Assembly (NCBI GenBank): GCA_049519635.1
Contig: JBEKQO010000002.1
Coordinates: 6,106 to 70,105 of the forward strand
Origin: Terriglobia bacterium
Lineage (GTDB): Bacteria > Acidobacteriota > Terriglobia > UBA7540
Direction of reading: 5' to 3'
DNA: 64,000 nucleotides
This document shows, in pieces, positions 38,168 through 46,850 of this stretch. Both the position numbers and the translations under genes were made by a program. Position 1 is the stretch's first letter; the number at the start of each line of letters is the position of its first letter. Below the pieces are notes generated by a model. That model made no database searches and had not been told where the DNA came from. It was given only the letters and a program-made list of their open reading frames with translations.

Positions 38168-39049
38168 ATGGACAGGTCCTCGTGTTTAAGTGGGGTAGCG
38201 GTTCCGAGCCATTATCGCCATTCACCAATAATACGCCGGTTCGCCGCAATGGTTTTCCTTTCCCTCCTGGCCCTGCCGGGGTTCGCCGCGCGCGTGCCGG
38301 TGCGCGACGGCCAGTCGGTAAGTCTGAAGCTCCGCAACATTCTCACCACGGACAATATTCGGAAGGACGACGTGTTTGAATTTGAGGTAACGGAAGATAT
38401 TCTCGTCAATGGACACGTGGTGATCGCCAAGGGAGCCACGGCGCGCGGCAAGGTTGTGGAGGTGAAGGGCGCCTACAAACCCCGCGATAAGGATGCGGAA
38501 GTGGTTTTTCAGTTCTTGACGGTTCGTGCCGTTGACAAGCAGGAGCTTCCGCTGCGCCGTCAGCCGGAAAAGCCCCGAAAGGGGAATAGCAAGGACAGCG
38601 AGGTCCACGAGAAGTCGGCGATCGCGGGGCAAATTATGCGCGTGGTAGGAGCAGATAAAGGCAAAGAATATGAGGCCTACGTCAATGGATTGTTCACCAT
38701 CAATACATCCGATGCGGTTGCGGCCGAGCCGGCAGTATCCCCGGCGGCATCTGTGCCGGGTCCGCCGGGCGCGCCCGTCGCGGCCCCTGCGGCTCCCGCG
38801 CCAGCCTCAGCCATGGCAGCTACGGACGTGGCGATGGCGCCATCCTCGGTTGAATTCGGCAGCACGCCCGATGGAGCAGATATCGTAATTGACGGCAACT
38901 TGGTGGGGAATACCCCCTCGACCTTGCGATTGACCCCCGGGCACCATGCCATTGAAATTCGCATGGCGGGGTACCGCACGTGGTCGCGGATGATGGTTGT
39001 GGATCCGGAATCGCATCCATCGGTGCGGGCGCTGCTGATCAAGCAATAG
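38168..39049 (+). CDS. PEGA-domain protein, secreted
   Basis: Signal-like 'RRFAAMVFLSLLALPGFA', an Ala/Pro-rich linker, and a C-terminal PEGA module 'STPDGADIVIDGNLVGNTPSTLRLTPGHHAIEIRMAGY'. The start is uncertain (38114, 38156 or 38168). Confidence 0.7.
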   Translation: MDRSSCLSGVAVPSHYRHSPIIRRFAAMVFLSLLALPGFAARVPVRDGQSVSLKLRNILTTDNIRKDDVFEFEVTEDILVNGHVVIAKGATARGKVVEVKGAYKPRDKDAEVVFQFLTVRAVDKQELPLRRQPEKPRKGNSKDSEVHEKSAIAGQIMRVVGADKGKEYEAYVNGLFTINTSDAVAAEPAVSPAASVPGPPGAPVAAPAAPAPASAMAATDVAMAPSSVEFGSTPDGADIVIDGNLVGNTPSTLRLTPGHHAIEIRMAGYRTWSRMMVVDPESHPSVRALLIKQ

Positions 39050-39210
39050 CCGCAAGCATTGGGCAATGGTGCACTTGGCGGTAGCGGCGCTCTCCGGGCG
39101 CCGGATTCGGGATTGACGATTTCGGCGCTCAGAGAGCGCCGCTTCAGCGCGCCATCGGACGTTTTCACACCCGCTGGGTAGCAGCCGTTTTCCCGCACGG
39201 AGGGTTGGCG

Positions 39211-40095
39211 ATGAGATTCAGGCAAGCGGTGGTGGCATGGGGATTGGTTCTAGCTTGCGCCGGGAGCACAGGGCAAGCGCAAGCGGCCCACTTGGCCGAC
39301 GGCACGGCGGTTCATGTGCGGTTGACGGCAGACCTTATGAGCTCACGGGCGGTGGTCGGGACGCGAGTCGAGCTGGAAATCGCGGAACCCGTCACGCTGC
39401 AAGGTGTGGTGGTGATTCCCGCCGGGGCAATGGCTTGGGGCGCGGTGCAGATGGTGAAGAGCGGTAAGATCCTGCACTTCGATATCGAGGGGGTGCGGCT
39501 CCCCAATCAAGAGATTGTAAAACTTCGCTGTAGTCCGCAAAGGACCAATCGAGCGGCGAAGGATGAGCTTAAGGTTGAAACCCAGGTGGGCGGCGATTTG
39601 GGAGCTCCGAAGGGAAGCGGGTTTACCGCCTATCTGGATCAAGACGTCAATGTCAATGCGGCGGGAGCGCCCGCGGCGCCAGCGCAGGCCACCCCGGTGG
39701 TGGCTCCGGCGGCAGCGCCTCAACCCGCCGCGCCGCCTGCGGCCCCGGAAGTGGCGCCCGTACCGGCCGCGGTTGTGCCGCCCACTCCCGTTCCGGAGAC
39801 CTCTCCCGCAAAGCCCACACCTGTGGCCGCGGCACCGGCGGTTTCGGCCCCGGCGGCTCCCACGGCCCAGCCGGGTGAGTACATAACGGTCGAGTGTTTC
39901 TCTGATCCCACCGGCGCCGACATTATGATTGACGACGAGTTTCATGGAAGCACGCCCTCAATCCTCAAGCTCCTGCCGGGAAATTACCGAATCGAGTTTC
40001 GCCTCATGGGTTACAAGGCGCACTCCCAACCCTTGAATCTGACGCCTGGGACGGGGCTCCGCACCGTGCGGATGGACTTAGAGAAGCAGCCGTAA
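39211..40095 (+). CDS. PEGA-domain protein, secreted (tandem paralogue)
   Basis: GGAGGG SD and signal peptide MRFRQAVVAWGLVLACAGSTGQAQA. Same N-domain pattern as the upstream gene (e.g. 'VHVRLTADLMS...VVIPAGAMAWG'), a long AP-rich linker, and PEGA 'SDPTGADIMIDDEFHGSTPSILKLLPGNYRIEFRLMGY'. Confidence 0.8.
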   Translation: MRFRQAVVAWGLVLACAGSTGQAQAAHLADGTAVHVRLTADLMSSRAVVGTRVELEIAEPVTLQGVVVIPAGAMAWGAVQMVKSGKILHFDIEGVRLPNQEIVKLRCSPQRTNRAAKDELKVETQVGGDLGAPKGSGFTAYLDQDVNVNAAGAPAAPAQATPVVAPAAAPQPAAPPAAPEVAPVPAAVVPPTPVPETSPAKPTPVAAAPAVSAPAAPTAQPGEYITVECFSDPTGADIMIDDEFHGSTPSILKLLPGNYRIEFRLMGYKAHSQPLNLTPGTGLRTVRMDLEKQP

Positions 40096-40132
40096 TGCTT
40101 CCCTCGCCGCTTCCCGTCTCCAGAGTTGAGGC

Positions 40133-40840
40133 ATGTTCACCACACTGATCGCCATCGTCTTTACCCTCGTGCTGGTGGTGGGAGTGCCAACCCTCTCTTA
40201 CTCCACCTCGCGAAGCAACGAAATCCGGAAGATCCCCCGCCTGAAGCTCTACGCTTCCGCTGTCTTCTCCCAGTGGCTCATGACCGCGGTGGGTTTAGGA
40301 ATTGTGTTCCTGATCGCGCGGAACGTTTTCACAATAGGTTTTGCTTCGATGCCCTTGCGCCCTGCCCTGGAGTGGGGAGCCGCCATCGCGGTGGCCGCGC
40401 TTCTGGCGTTGATCTTGGTTACCTTATGCGAAGGGCGTGGCTGGCTGCCGCGAGAATCCGATCTGGTTTACCTGTTGATTCCGGAAACGCCCCGCGAGAA
40501 GCTCTGGGCAGCTCTGATCCTGGCGCCCACCGCGGCCTTCTGCGAGGAATTCCTTTTCCGCGGCTATTTGCTGACGCAATTGCACGCTTGGCTCCACTCG
40601 CTCCTGTGGGCTTGGGTGGTGTCTTCCGTGGCGTTTGGATTGGCACACTTCTACCAGGGATGGAGCGGCATGGTCCGCGCTGGATTGTTGGGAGCGCTGC
40701 TGGCGTATTCCGTAGTGCGCTGGGGAACCCTTTATCCCGCCATGCTCGCGCACTGGATCATCGACACGGTGGCGTTTTTGTGGCTCGGCCCCTGGATGAT
40801 CAAGATGGGGATTCCGGCCGAAGGGAGGATGCTCGAATGA
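40133..40840 (+). CDS. CPBP-family intramembrane glutamic endopeptidase (CAAX protease-like)
   Basis: Motifs 'FCEEFLFRGYL', 'FGLAHFYQG' and 'HWIIDT' in a polytopic membrane ORF. Confidence 0.85.
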   Translation: MFTTLIAIVFTLVLVVGVPTLSYSTSRSNEIRKIPRLKLYASAVFSQWLMTAVGLGIVFLIARNVFTIGFASMPLRPALEWGAAIAVAALLALILVTLCEGRGWLPRESDLVYLLIPETPREKLWAALILAPTAAFCEEFLFRGYLLTQLHAWLHSLLWAWVVSSVAFGLAHFYQGWSGMVRAGLLGALLAYSVVRWGTLYPAMLAHWIIDTVAFLWLGPWMIKMGIPAEGRMLE

Positions 40841-41456
40841 AGTGTCAACACGCGATCGGCGCCGCGGGCCGCCTGAGAGGCGTGCTTGCTCGTTGGTGAT
40901 TCGGAAGCGCCCGGGAGATTATCGGCGTGCAGGGAGAGTGATGAGCGGCGCGGGCAAGGATGGCGGACGCTTAGAGACGGGATCACCAATATAATCAGCG
41001 GTAACTATCCTATAAAACAGGCGACCGGTAGGGAGCCCCCGCCAAGGGCGGAGGAGAGGGGTCAATTGTCGGTGAAAACTTATCCTTTTTTACCGGTAAG
41101 AGAAATCTGCGGACTGCCCGAACCGTCCATCGAGACCTCTTGGCAACCGGGGAACTTCCTATGCGCCGCCGTCCGAAACCGGCTCCAGCTTGTGAACGAT
41201 GTCTGCTTCCTCCATAAGTTCTTCCGCGGTCAATGTACATGCAATCTTTAGGCAACCGGTTTCAAGACACTTGGGGCAATTAACAATGATGCGGTCGAAG
41301 AGGAAATCGGAAAGTTGCTGCGTGGTAAAGATGCGTGCCATGGGGTAAATTCTCCATCCTTGCGAGGAAGGTTACGAGTCCCGGCTATTATACTCCTATC
41401 GCGCCCATCGCAAAATCCAAACCTCGGGCGACGAGAGTAGTGGGTAGTGTCATAAC

Positions 41457-41933
41457 CCAAATCTCTCACCACGTTTGGTCGCTCTGGTGGACCGCCGGAA
41501 CGCAGTGCCTCCCAGGCTGCGGAAAAACTCGTCGGCACGGTCATTCTGAGGAGCCGCAGGCGGTCCTGAGCCTTGCGAAGGAGGAATCTCGCATTGCCTT
41601 GAAAAAACTCAGAGCGAGATTCTTCGCTGCGCTCTGCAGAAACTCGACGCGTAATTCGTTGGAATTCAGCAGGTGTAGCGCGGACCTGTTTTTTAGGTCC
41701 GCGGCTCGTCCCCGATTGATAAGGAAAATCCGCGGACCTAAGAAACAGGTCCGCGCTACCCTTCCTCGGCCCGAGTTTCTGCCGATCATGGGCAGCAGAA
41801 AGGCTGTCAACGCTCAGAATGACAGCGAACGGGCTCAATATGACAGCATTGGAGGCATTTTCCGCAGCCTGTATTGCCCCGCCCTTCCCGCAACCCCCTA
41901 AGAATGTCAGGGTGTCGTGAGAAATGCGGGCTA
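41457..41933. repeat. Nested composite repeat: family C inside a B core inside degenerate family-A arms
   Basis: A arms at 41457-41540 and about 41860-41933. B core GTCATTCTGAGGAGC...GCTCAGAATGACAGC. A complete 85-bp C element at 41675-41759 interrupts the core. Confidence 0.8.
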
Positions 41934-42261
41934 GAGCATTGCTAATTTAAGCGTATACATCTCGGCAAATCCGCAAACAAAAACGTGGGGCCCCCTCACC
42001 CCCACTACTTGCAAAACGTGGGGCCTTTCCGGAACAGATGGATCAATAATTTCATCCCACCTCTTAAGTGAACAGTGTTGGCGCTAACGGTCTGTGCTAC
42101 AGGATAAGTAAGCACTTAAATCAAAACTGCTCTAAAGCCCAGCCCTTCCAAGAACCATAAATAATCGTGTTCATTAATGCCCTTAGGCACTGACTCCCAG
42201 CCCCTGGCCTCTTAGGCTTTTGCCGGTTGCTTGTCACGGGTCATCGCATTTATAGGCAGGC

Positions 42262-43554
42262 TTACATTTGCGGGAAGGCAATTTCGAGCGCACGGATCGC
42301 TTTGTCCGGCATGGGCGCAAGCTCTCCGATGGACCGCGAATCGATGAGCGCTTCCGCGGTGGACTCAAGGACTTCCAGGCGGTCATACGCTTCCAGAATA
42401 TCTGCTCCGGAGACAAGCACTCCGTCGTTCTCCAGAATCAGAGCCGGCTGCTGGGGAGAGCAACGCTGCGCCAGTGCTTCGCTGTCCTGATATTGCAGTC
42501 CATACTCCACCCGCCCGACTTGGCGCAGAACGACGTAACTTTCCGGGATGGTCCGCACTTCCAGCGGGGCGCCCGTCACGCTGAAGGCCGTGGCGTTGAC
42601 CGGGCAAGCATTGATAAGGGCGTGGATTTTGGGATGATGGCGATAGATGGCGTCATGGTTGCCGGTGGCCCGGCTCGGCGTTTTACCCCCCTCGCATCGG
42701 CCGTGCTTGATTAGGACCAGATCCTGCGGGTCCAACATGCCGCGGTCTACCTGATAGGGAGTTATGAGGAACGAAGATTCATCGAGGCGAACTGAAAAAG
42801 TGCCTTGCGTGCTGATAAAAAGTCGCTGGCGATAGGCTCGGCGTACGAACTCGCAAAGCCTTTTGCGCAGCTCCATCTCTTGGCTCGAGGCATCTTCCCT
42901 CTGAAAATCCAGCAGCATCGTGGGCCGCTGGTCGGCAACCTCGATTTCCTGCGCAGTCAAAAACCGCACCTTGCCGAGCTGCCGCCCCTTGATTATCGTC
43001 CTGCCTACGAATTCCAGCGTCTCGAACCGTTGAAACGCCTCTCCCAGGTTAATGCCCCCCGTCACCACCCCGTGATTCTCCAGGATGGCACAGGTGCTGC
43101 CCTGGCTGAACTTTCCCGCCACGGTTAGTCCCAGCTCTTCACTGCCCGGAAGTTCGTAAGGGGCAAATGCCACCTCCCCGCATACGGATTTGGCTTTGGG
43201 AAAGAGCAGGGTGTTCGGCACTTGGTGAATCGCGCTGAAGGCCACCAAGGCAACAGGGTGGGCATGCACGATTCCCCGCAGCTCCGGTCGTGCGCGATAA
43301 ATTGCCTGGTGGAAGGGGAATTCCGAAGAGGGGGGGTGAAGGCCTTCCACTTTGCCGTCCTTACGGACCAAAACCATGTCGTCTCGGCGCAGAGTGCCTT
43401 TGTCGACTCGCGTCGGGGTAATCCAGATGTCGCCGTTATCCTCGCGAATCGAGAGGTTGCCACCGGAAGTTGTGGTCATGCGGTAAGCGTAAATCCGCTC
43501 CATGGTCGCCAGAATTTCATCACGAGGGTGCATGAAAGGTGTAATTGTGCTCAT
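42262..43554 (-). CDS. Tandem-domain class II aldolase/adducin-family protein
   Basis: The N-domain 'TTSGGNLSIRE...PSSEFPFHQAIYRARPELRGIVHAHP' is the canonical pattern. A second homologous domain has 'TQGTFSVRL...HDAIYRHHPKIHALINACP'. Confidence 0.85.
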   Translation of the reverse strand: MSTITPFMHPRDEILATMERIYAYRMTTTSGGNLSIREDNGDIWITPTRVDKGTLRRDDMVLVRKDGKVEGLHPPSSEFPFHQAIYRARPELRGIVHAHPVALVAFSAIHQVPNTLLFPKAKSVCGEVAFAPYELPGSEELGLTVAGKFSQGSTCAILENHGVVTGGINLGEAFQRFETLEFVGRTIIKGRQLGKVRFLTAQEIEVADQRPTMLLDFQREDASSQEMELRKRLCEFVRRAYRQRLFISTQGTFSVRLDESSFLITPYQVDRGMLDPQDLVLIKHGRCEGGKTPSRATGNHDAIYRHHPKIHALINACPVNATAFSVTGAPLEVRTIPESYVVLRQVGRVEYGLQYQDSEALAQRCSPQQPALILENDGVLVSGADILEAYDRLEVLESTAEALIDSRSIGELAPMPDKAIRALEIAFPQM

Positions 43555-43626
43555 TCTGGTTTTTGTCCTCGTAAGCTATTATCGCTGGGGGTGAGCCGAA
43601 GGCGCAATAACTAGTTCCAGACTCAT

Positions 43627-43665
43627 GAGGCCCCGCCCTTTCAAACCGGTGGTGAGAAATACGCC
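43627..43665. repeat. Solo arm of the family-A repeat
   Basis: GAGGCCCCGCCCTTTCAAACCGGTGGTGAGAAATACGCC lies immediately 3' of the IscU-like gene stop. Confidence 0.55.
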
Positions 43666-44031
43666 TTAGGCCGAATTGCGAATTGCGTCCAATAGAAGCT
43701 TCAGGGCGTCCACGGCGAGCATGGCCGCATGACGCGAGGCTGGCGGCAAGCCTGCAAGCCCGGAAATAACTTCATCGGCAGTAAGAGCGGAAAGTTCCTC
43801 GGGAGTTTTGTTCAGGATCGCTTCTGTTAACCACGAACCGCAGGCAACGGAGGGCACACAGCCCGCGGCTTTGAATTTTACCACCTGAAGTCTGCCATCA
43901 TGGACAATGGCCCACAGCTTCATCAGGTCGCCGCAGACGGGATTCGAGGCTTCCACCACCACCGATGCCTCGGCAATTTCACCCACGTTGCGAGGGTGGT
44001 GAAAGTGATCGAGAAGGGTTGAAGAATACAT
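43666..44031 (-). CDS. IscU/NifU-N-like Fe-S scaffold-like protein
   Basis: Start at MYSSTLLDHFHHPRNVG (44031). 'NPVCGD' and 'KAAGCVPS' are present, and 'LPPASRHAAMLAVDAL' stands where IscU has LPPVK.HCS.LA. The upstream 59 codons of the ORF are translated low-complexity repeat. Confidence 0.8.
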   Translation of the reverse strand: MYSSTLLDHFHHPRNVGEIAEASVVVEASNPVCGDLMKLWAIVHDGRLQVVKFKAAGCVPSVACGSWLTEAILNKTPEELSALTADEVISGLAGLPPASRHAAMLAVDALKLLLDAIRNSA

Positions 44032-44228
44032 GGATGCTGTCCGATGTCTGTAGTCCGTTGTCCGTGGTCCGTGGTCCGTTGTCAGTTGCCCATAGCCACT
44101 CGTCAGTTGTCCCTGGTCCGTTGTCATTTGCCAGTCATCAATTTTCAGTTCTTGGTCATGGGATTTTGGCTCATGGTCCGTGATGGAGACGTTGCTGGCA
44201 ACTGGCAACGGACCACTGACAACGGGCT
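44032..44228. repeat. Low-complexity inverted array of GTCCGTTGTC/GGTCCGTGG-type short units
   Basis: ...TGTCCGTGGTCCGTGGTCCGTTGTCAGTTGCC...GTCCCTGGTCCGTTGTCATTTGCC... faces ...GGCAACTGGCAACGGACCACTGACAACGGG. Confidence 0.75.
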
Positions 44229-44960
44229 TCAGATTGCGAAAAAAAGGTACCGCATGATCAGTACCAGCGCCACTCCCAGCGCCACGGTCAGGGCATATTT
44301 CGGACTCTTCATTTTGTTGACCTCGGGGATCAAGTCCGATGCCGCCACGTACAGCGTGACGCCTGCCGACAGCGCCAAGCCGTAGTCCACCCAGCGGTGC
44401 GCCAGAGCCATCCCCAAGACTCCCAGGATGCGGGAAACGGCCAAGACGCTCACCGCCTCCATGCCCGCGCTACGGCTGCGCCGCGCGGCCGCCATGATGG
44501 AGGCCATGGTGAAGCCTTCCGGGACATTATGGAGAATGGTGGCGCCAAAAATGACCGTGCCCAGCCAGGGCGAAATCAGGAATCCCGAAGTGATCGCGAC
44601 TCCATCGAAAAAGGTGTGGATCGTCAGGCCCGCCAGCGCCGTATACGCCACCCGGGGGTTCACAAACTCGTCCGTGTGCGTCTCTTCCCCAAAATGAAAA
44701 TGCGCGGGCCAGCTATGTTCAAAGTAGTGAACGATGAAGTATCCCAGCAAAATCAGCGCCGGCGCGGAGCGGGGCGCCAGAAGCAGGCTTTCCGGCACCA
44801 TCTCTGTGAGTGCCGTGGCCAGCATAAAGCCTGCGCCCAGCGCAATAAAAAGCGCCAGAAACGTGCGGCTCCAGGGACGCGCGGAAATAATGGCGCCCCC
44901 CAACAAGTTGGCGAACCCCGCCACAAAAGCCAGCGCCAGGCTGATCCAAAGGTAGGACAT
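44229..44960 (-). CDS. ZIP-family divalent metal transporter (ZupT-like)
   Basis: 243-aa polytopic ORF with 'HNVPEGF' and 'HTFFDGVAI' motifs. Confidence 0.85.
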   Translation of the reverse strand: MSYLWISLALAFVAGFANLLGGAIISARPWSRTFLALFIALGAGFMLATALTEMVPESLLLAPRSAPALILLGYFIVHYFEHSWPAHFHFGEETHTDEFVNPRVAYTALAGLTIHTFFDGVAITSGFLISPWLGTVIFGATILHNVPEGFTMASIMAAARRSRSAGMEAVSVLAVSRILGVLGMALAHRWVDYGLALSAGVTLYVAASDLIPEVNKMKSPKYALTVALGVALVLIMRYLFFAI

Positions 44961-45154
44961 GGAAAAGATGTCAGTTGTCCGTTGTCAGTCGTCCGTCGTC
45001 AGTGGTCCGCGGCCAGTTGTTCGTCATATGTCGTCAGTTGTCCATTGTCAGCAGCCTGGAAAGTCCGAAAGTCGAAAATCGACGCGAGTTTCGAATCTCG
45101 ATTTTCGAGTTTCGGTGACCACGGACAACGGACCACGGACAACTGACGTTATTC
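44961..45154. repeat. Long imperfect hairpin of short-unit arrays
   Basis: Left TCAGTTGTCCGTTGTCAGTCGTCCGTCGTCAGTGGTCCGCGG... faces right ...GACCACGGACAACGGACCACGGACAACTGACG. The centre CGAAAATCGACGCGAGTTTCGAATCTCGATTTTCG shares the 12-mer TCGAAAATCGAC with 11032-11043. Confidence 0.75.
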
Positions 45155-46237
45155 TTAGCTCGCATGCCGGAAGTGCACAATTTCTCCGTCGTGCACAACA
45201 TACTCTTTCCCCTCCAAGCGCAAGAGGGCGCGATTGCGGGCTTCGGCAAAGCTGCCTGTCGCCATCAAATCATCGTACCTTATCGCTTCGGCGCGGATGA
45301 ATCCGCGCTGGATGTCGGAGTGGATTTCACCCGCCGCCTCCAGCGCCGTTGTACCGGCACGAATAGTCCACGCGCGGCATTCGTCCTCCCCCACGGTAAA
45401 GAATGAAATCAAACCCAGGAGCTGGTAACTGGCATTAATCAGGCGTGAGGTAGCCGATTCTTTCAAACCGTAGCTGGATAGAAATTCCGCCGCGTCCGAT
45501 TCGCTCATTTGGGCCAGCTCGGCTTCCACTTTGCCACAGATGGCACTGACGCCCGTGCGCAACCGCTGCTTCAAGCCTGCCTCGGCGGCGAAATGCTCGG
45601 CCAGATTGGCTCGCGCCGCGTCGCTCTCGCCCAAATTCAAAACATAAAGCATCGGCTTGAGGGAAAGAAAAGTGAAACCGCGAATCACCTTGGATTCCTC
45701 CGCGCCCAACTCGACCTCGCGGAGCGGCGTCTGCTTCTCCAGCGCAGCCTGGCAAACTTTCAGAACCTGGAATTCCTTCTCCAGTGCAGGGCTCTTTTGC
45801 TTCTTGATGTCCTTCTCCAGCCGCTCCAGCCTCTTTTCCACCACCGCGAGATCGGAGAGGATCAACTCGAGCTCCACATTCTCAATGTCGCGCTTGGGGT
45901 CAACAGAACCCCCTTCCAGGGGAACTGCCTCATCCTCAAATGCCCGAACCACATGCACCAGCGCGTCCAGTTCGCGAAGCGCTTGCGATTGCACGCCCGT
46001 GCGTGCCAACTCAATGACGCTGCCCGGCATATCCATATACTCGATGGTGGCAAATACGGTCTTCTCTGGCTTAAATAGTTCTGTCAGCCGGTCCAGCCGC
46101 GCGTCGGGAACGCGCACGACGCCCACATGCGCCTCGGGCTTCCCGGAACCGATGCCGCTGCCATGCGCGTGGGTTAGAATCTGAAACAGGGTTGTCTTGC
46201 CAGTCTGTGGTAAACCGACGATTCCGATGCGGAGCAC
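45155..46237 (-). CDS. ychF: Redox-regulated ATPase YchF (Obg-like)
   Basis: 'IGIVGLPQTGKTTLF' P-loop, a coiled-coil insert, and a C-terminal TGS-like 'IHSDIQRGFIRAEAIRYDDL...LRLEGKEYVVHDGEIVHFR'. Confidence 0.95.
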   Translation of the reverse strand: MLRIGIVGLPQTGKTTLFQILTHAHGSGIGSGKPEAHVGVVRVPDARLDRLTELFKPEKTVFATIEYMDMPGSVIELARTGVQSQALRELDALVHVVRAFEDEAVPLEGGSVDPKRDIENVELELILSDLAVVEKRLERLEKDIKKQKSPALEKEFQVLKVCQAALEKQTPLREVELGAEESKVIRGFTFLSLKPMLYVLNLGESDAARANLAEHFAAEAGLKQRLRTGVSAICGKVEAELAQMSESDAAEFLSSYGLKESATSRLINASYQLLGLISFFTVGEDECRAWTIRAGTTALEAAGEIHSDIQRGFIRAEAIRYDDLMATGSFAEARNRALLRLEGKEYVVHDGEIVHFRHAS

Positions 46238-46364
46238 TCTTACCTCTCTGCGAAATGAGATAGGTCAAAACCAGAATTATGAGAACCTCGATACTAACAT
46301 ACCTGTTGCGGCGGCTGTGACCCGCTTCCGGTGCGGAGGTCCCATAAGGTCAGAATGTCGGCTC

Positions 46365-46662
46365 TAGCCCGGATTTCTCATCATGGGTTTGGAAAGACGG
46401 GGCTTCGCAGGCTGCGCAAAAACTCGTAGGCGCTGCTGTTATCAACGCTACTCCTTAATCTCTTGGTCAGCACCACTCCGGCGCTCGGCGCGCCACCCCT
46501 CCTCATCTGAGGAGGGGAGCGTTTTATTGAACTCCCCTCCTGGTTCAGGAGGGGTGGCGCGCCGAGCGCCGGGGTGGTTGTTCGCGGTGGGGCGTTTTTC
46601 CGCAGCCGGCGAAGCCCCGCCGATCCGGCAGCCTTCCCAAGCATGGTGAGAAATGCGGGTTA
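46365..46662. repeat. Family-A composite palindromic element with a D-type core
   Basis: Arms TAGCCCGGATTTCTCATCATGGGTTTGGAAAGACGGGGCTTCGCAGGCTGCGC... and ...GGTGAGAAATGCGGGTTA. D core at 46471-46579. Confidence 0.85.
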
Positions 46663-46850
46663 GGCGCACACGACGACGGATCCCTACGTCTCCACCCTCC
46701 TACCCCGCCCGATTGGATTTTGGACTCAAGATTGCCCGCACTCTGCCGATTAGAAAGGGATGAGAACCTCCGTGTACACGGGGGTTGGGCGGCTGCCGCA
46801 GCGGCAAGTTTAGTGTCAGGAGCCGCTGCGAGCAAGAGAGGCCTTTGGTC

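Noticed and set aside
40126-40899. 257-aa alternative-frame ORF overlapping the CPBP protease gene
   Set aside because: The 40133 frame carries all three CPBP motifs and TM helices. The alternative frame is Arg/Gly/Pro-rich with no motifs.
41159-41341. 60-aa minus-strand ORF (MARIFTTQQLSDFLFDRIIVNCPKCLETGC...)
   Set aside because: It is isolated within a 1.3-kb repeat-filled gap, has a weak SD (GGAG 10 nt upstream), and belongs to no family I recognise. It is kept only as a note.
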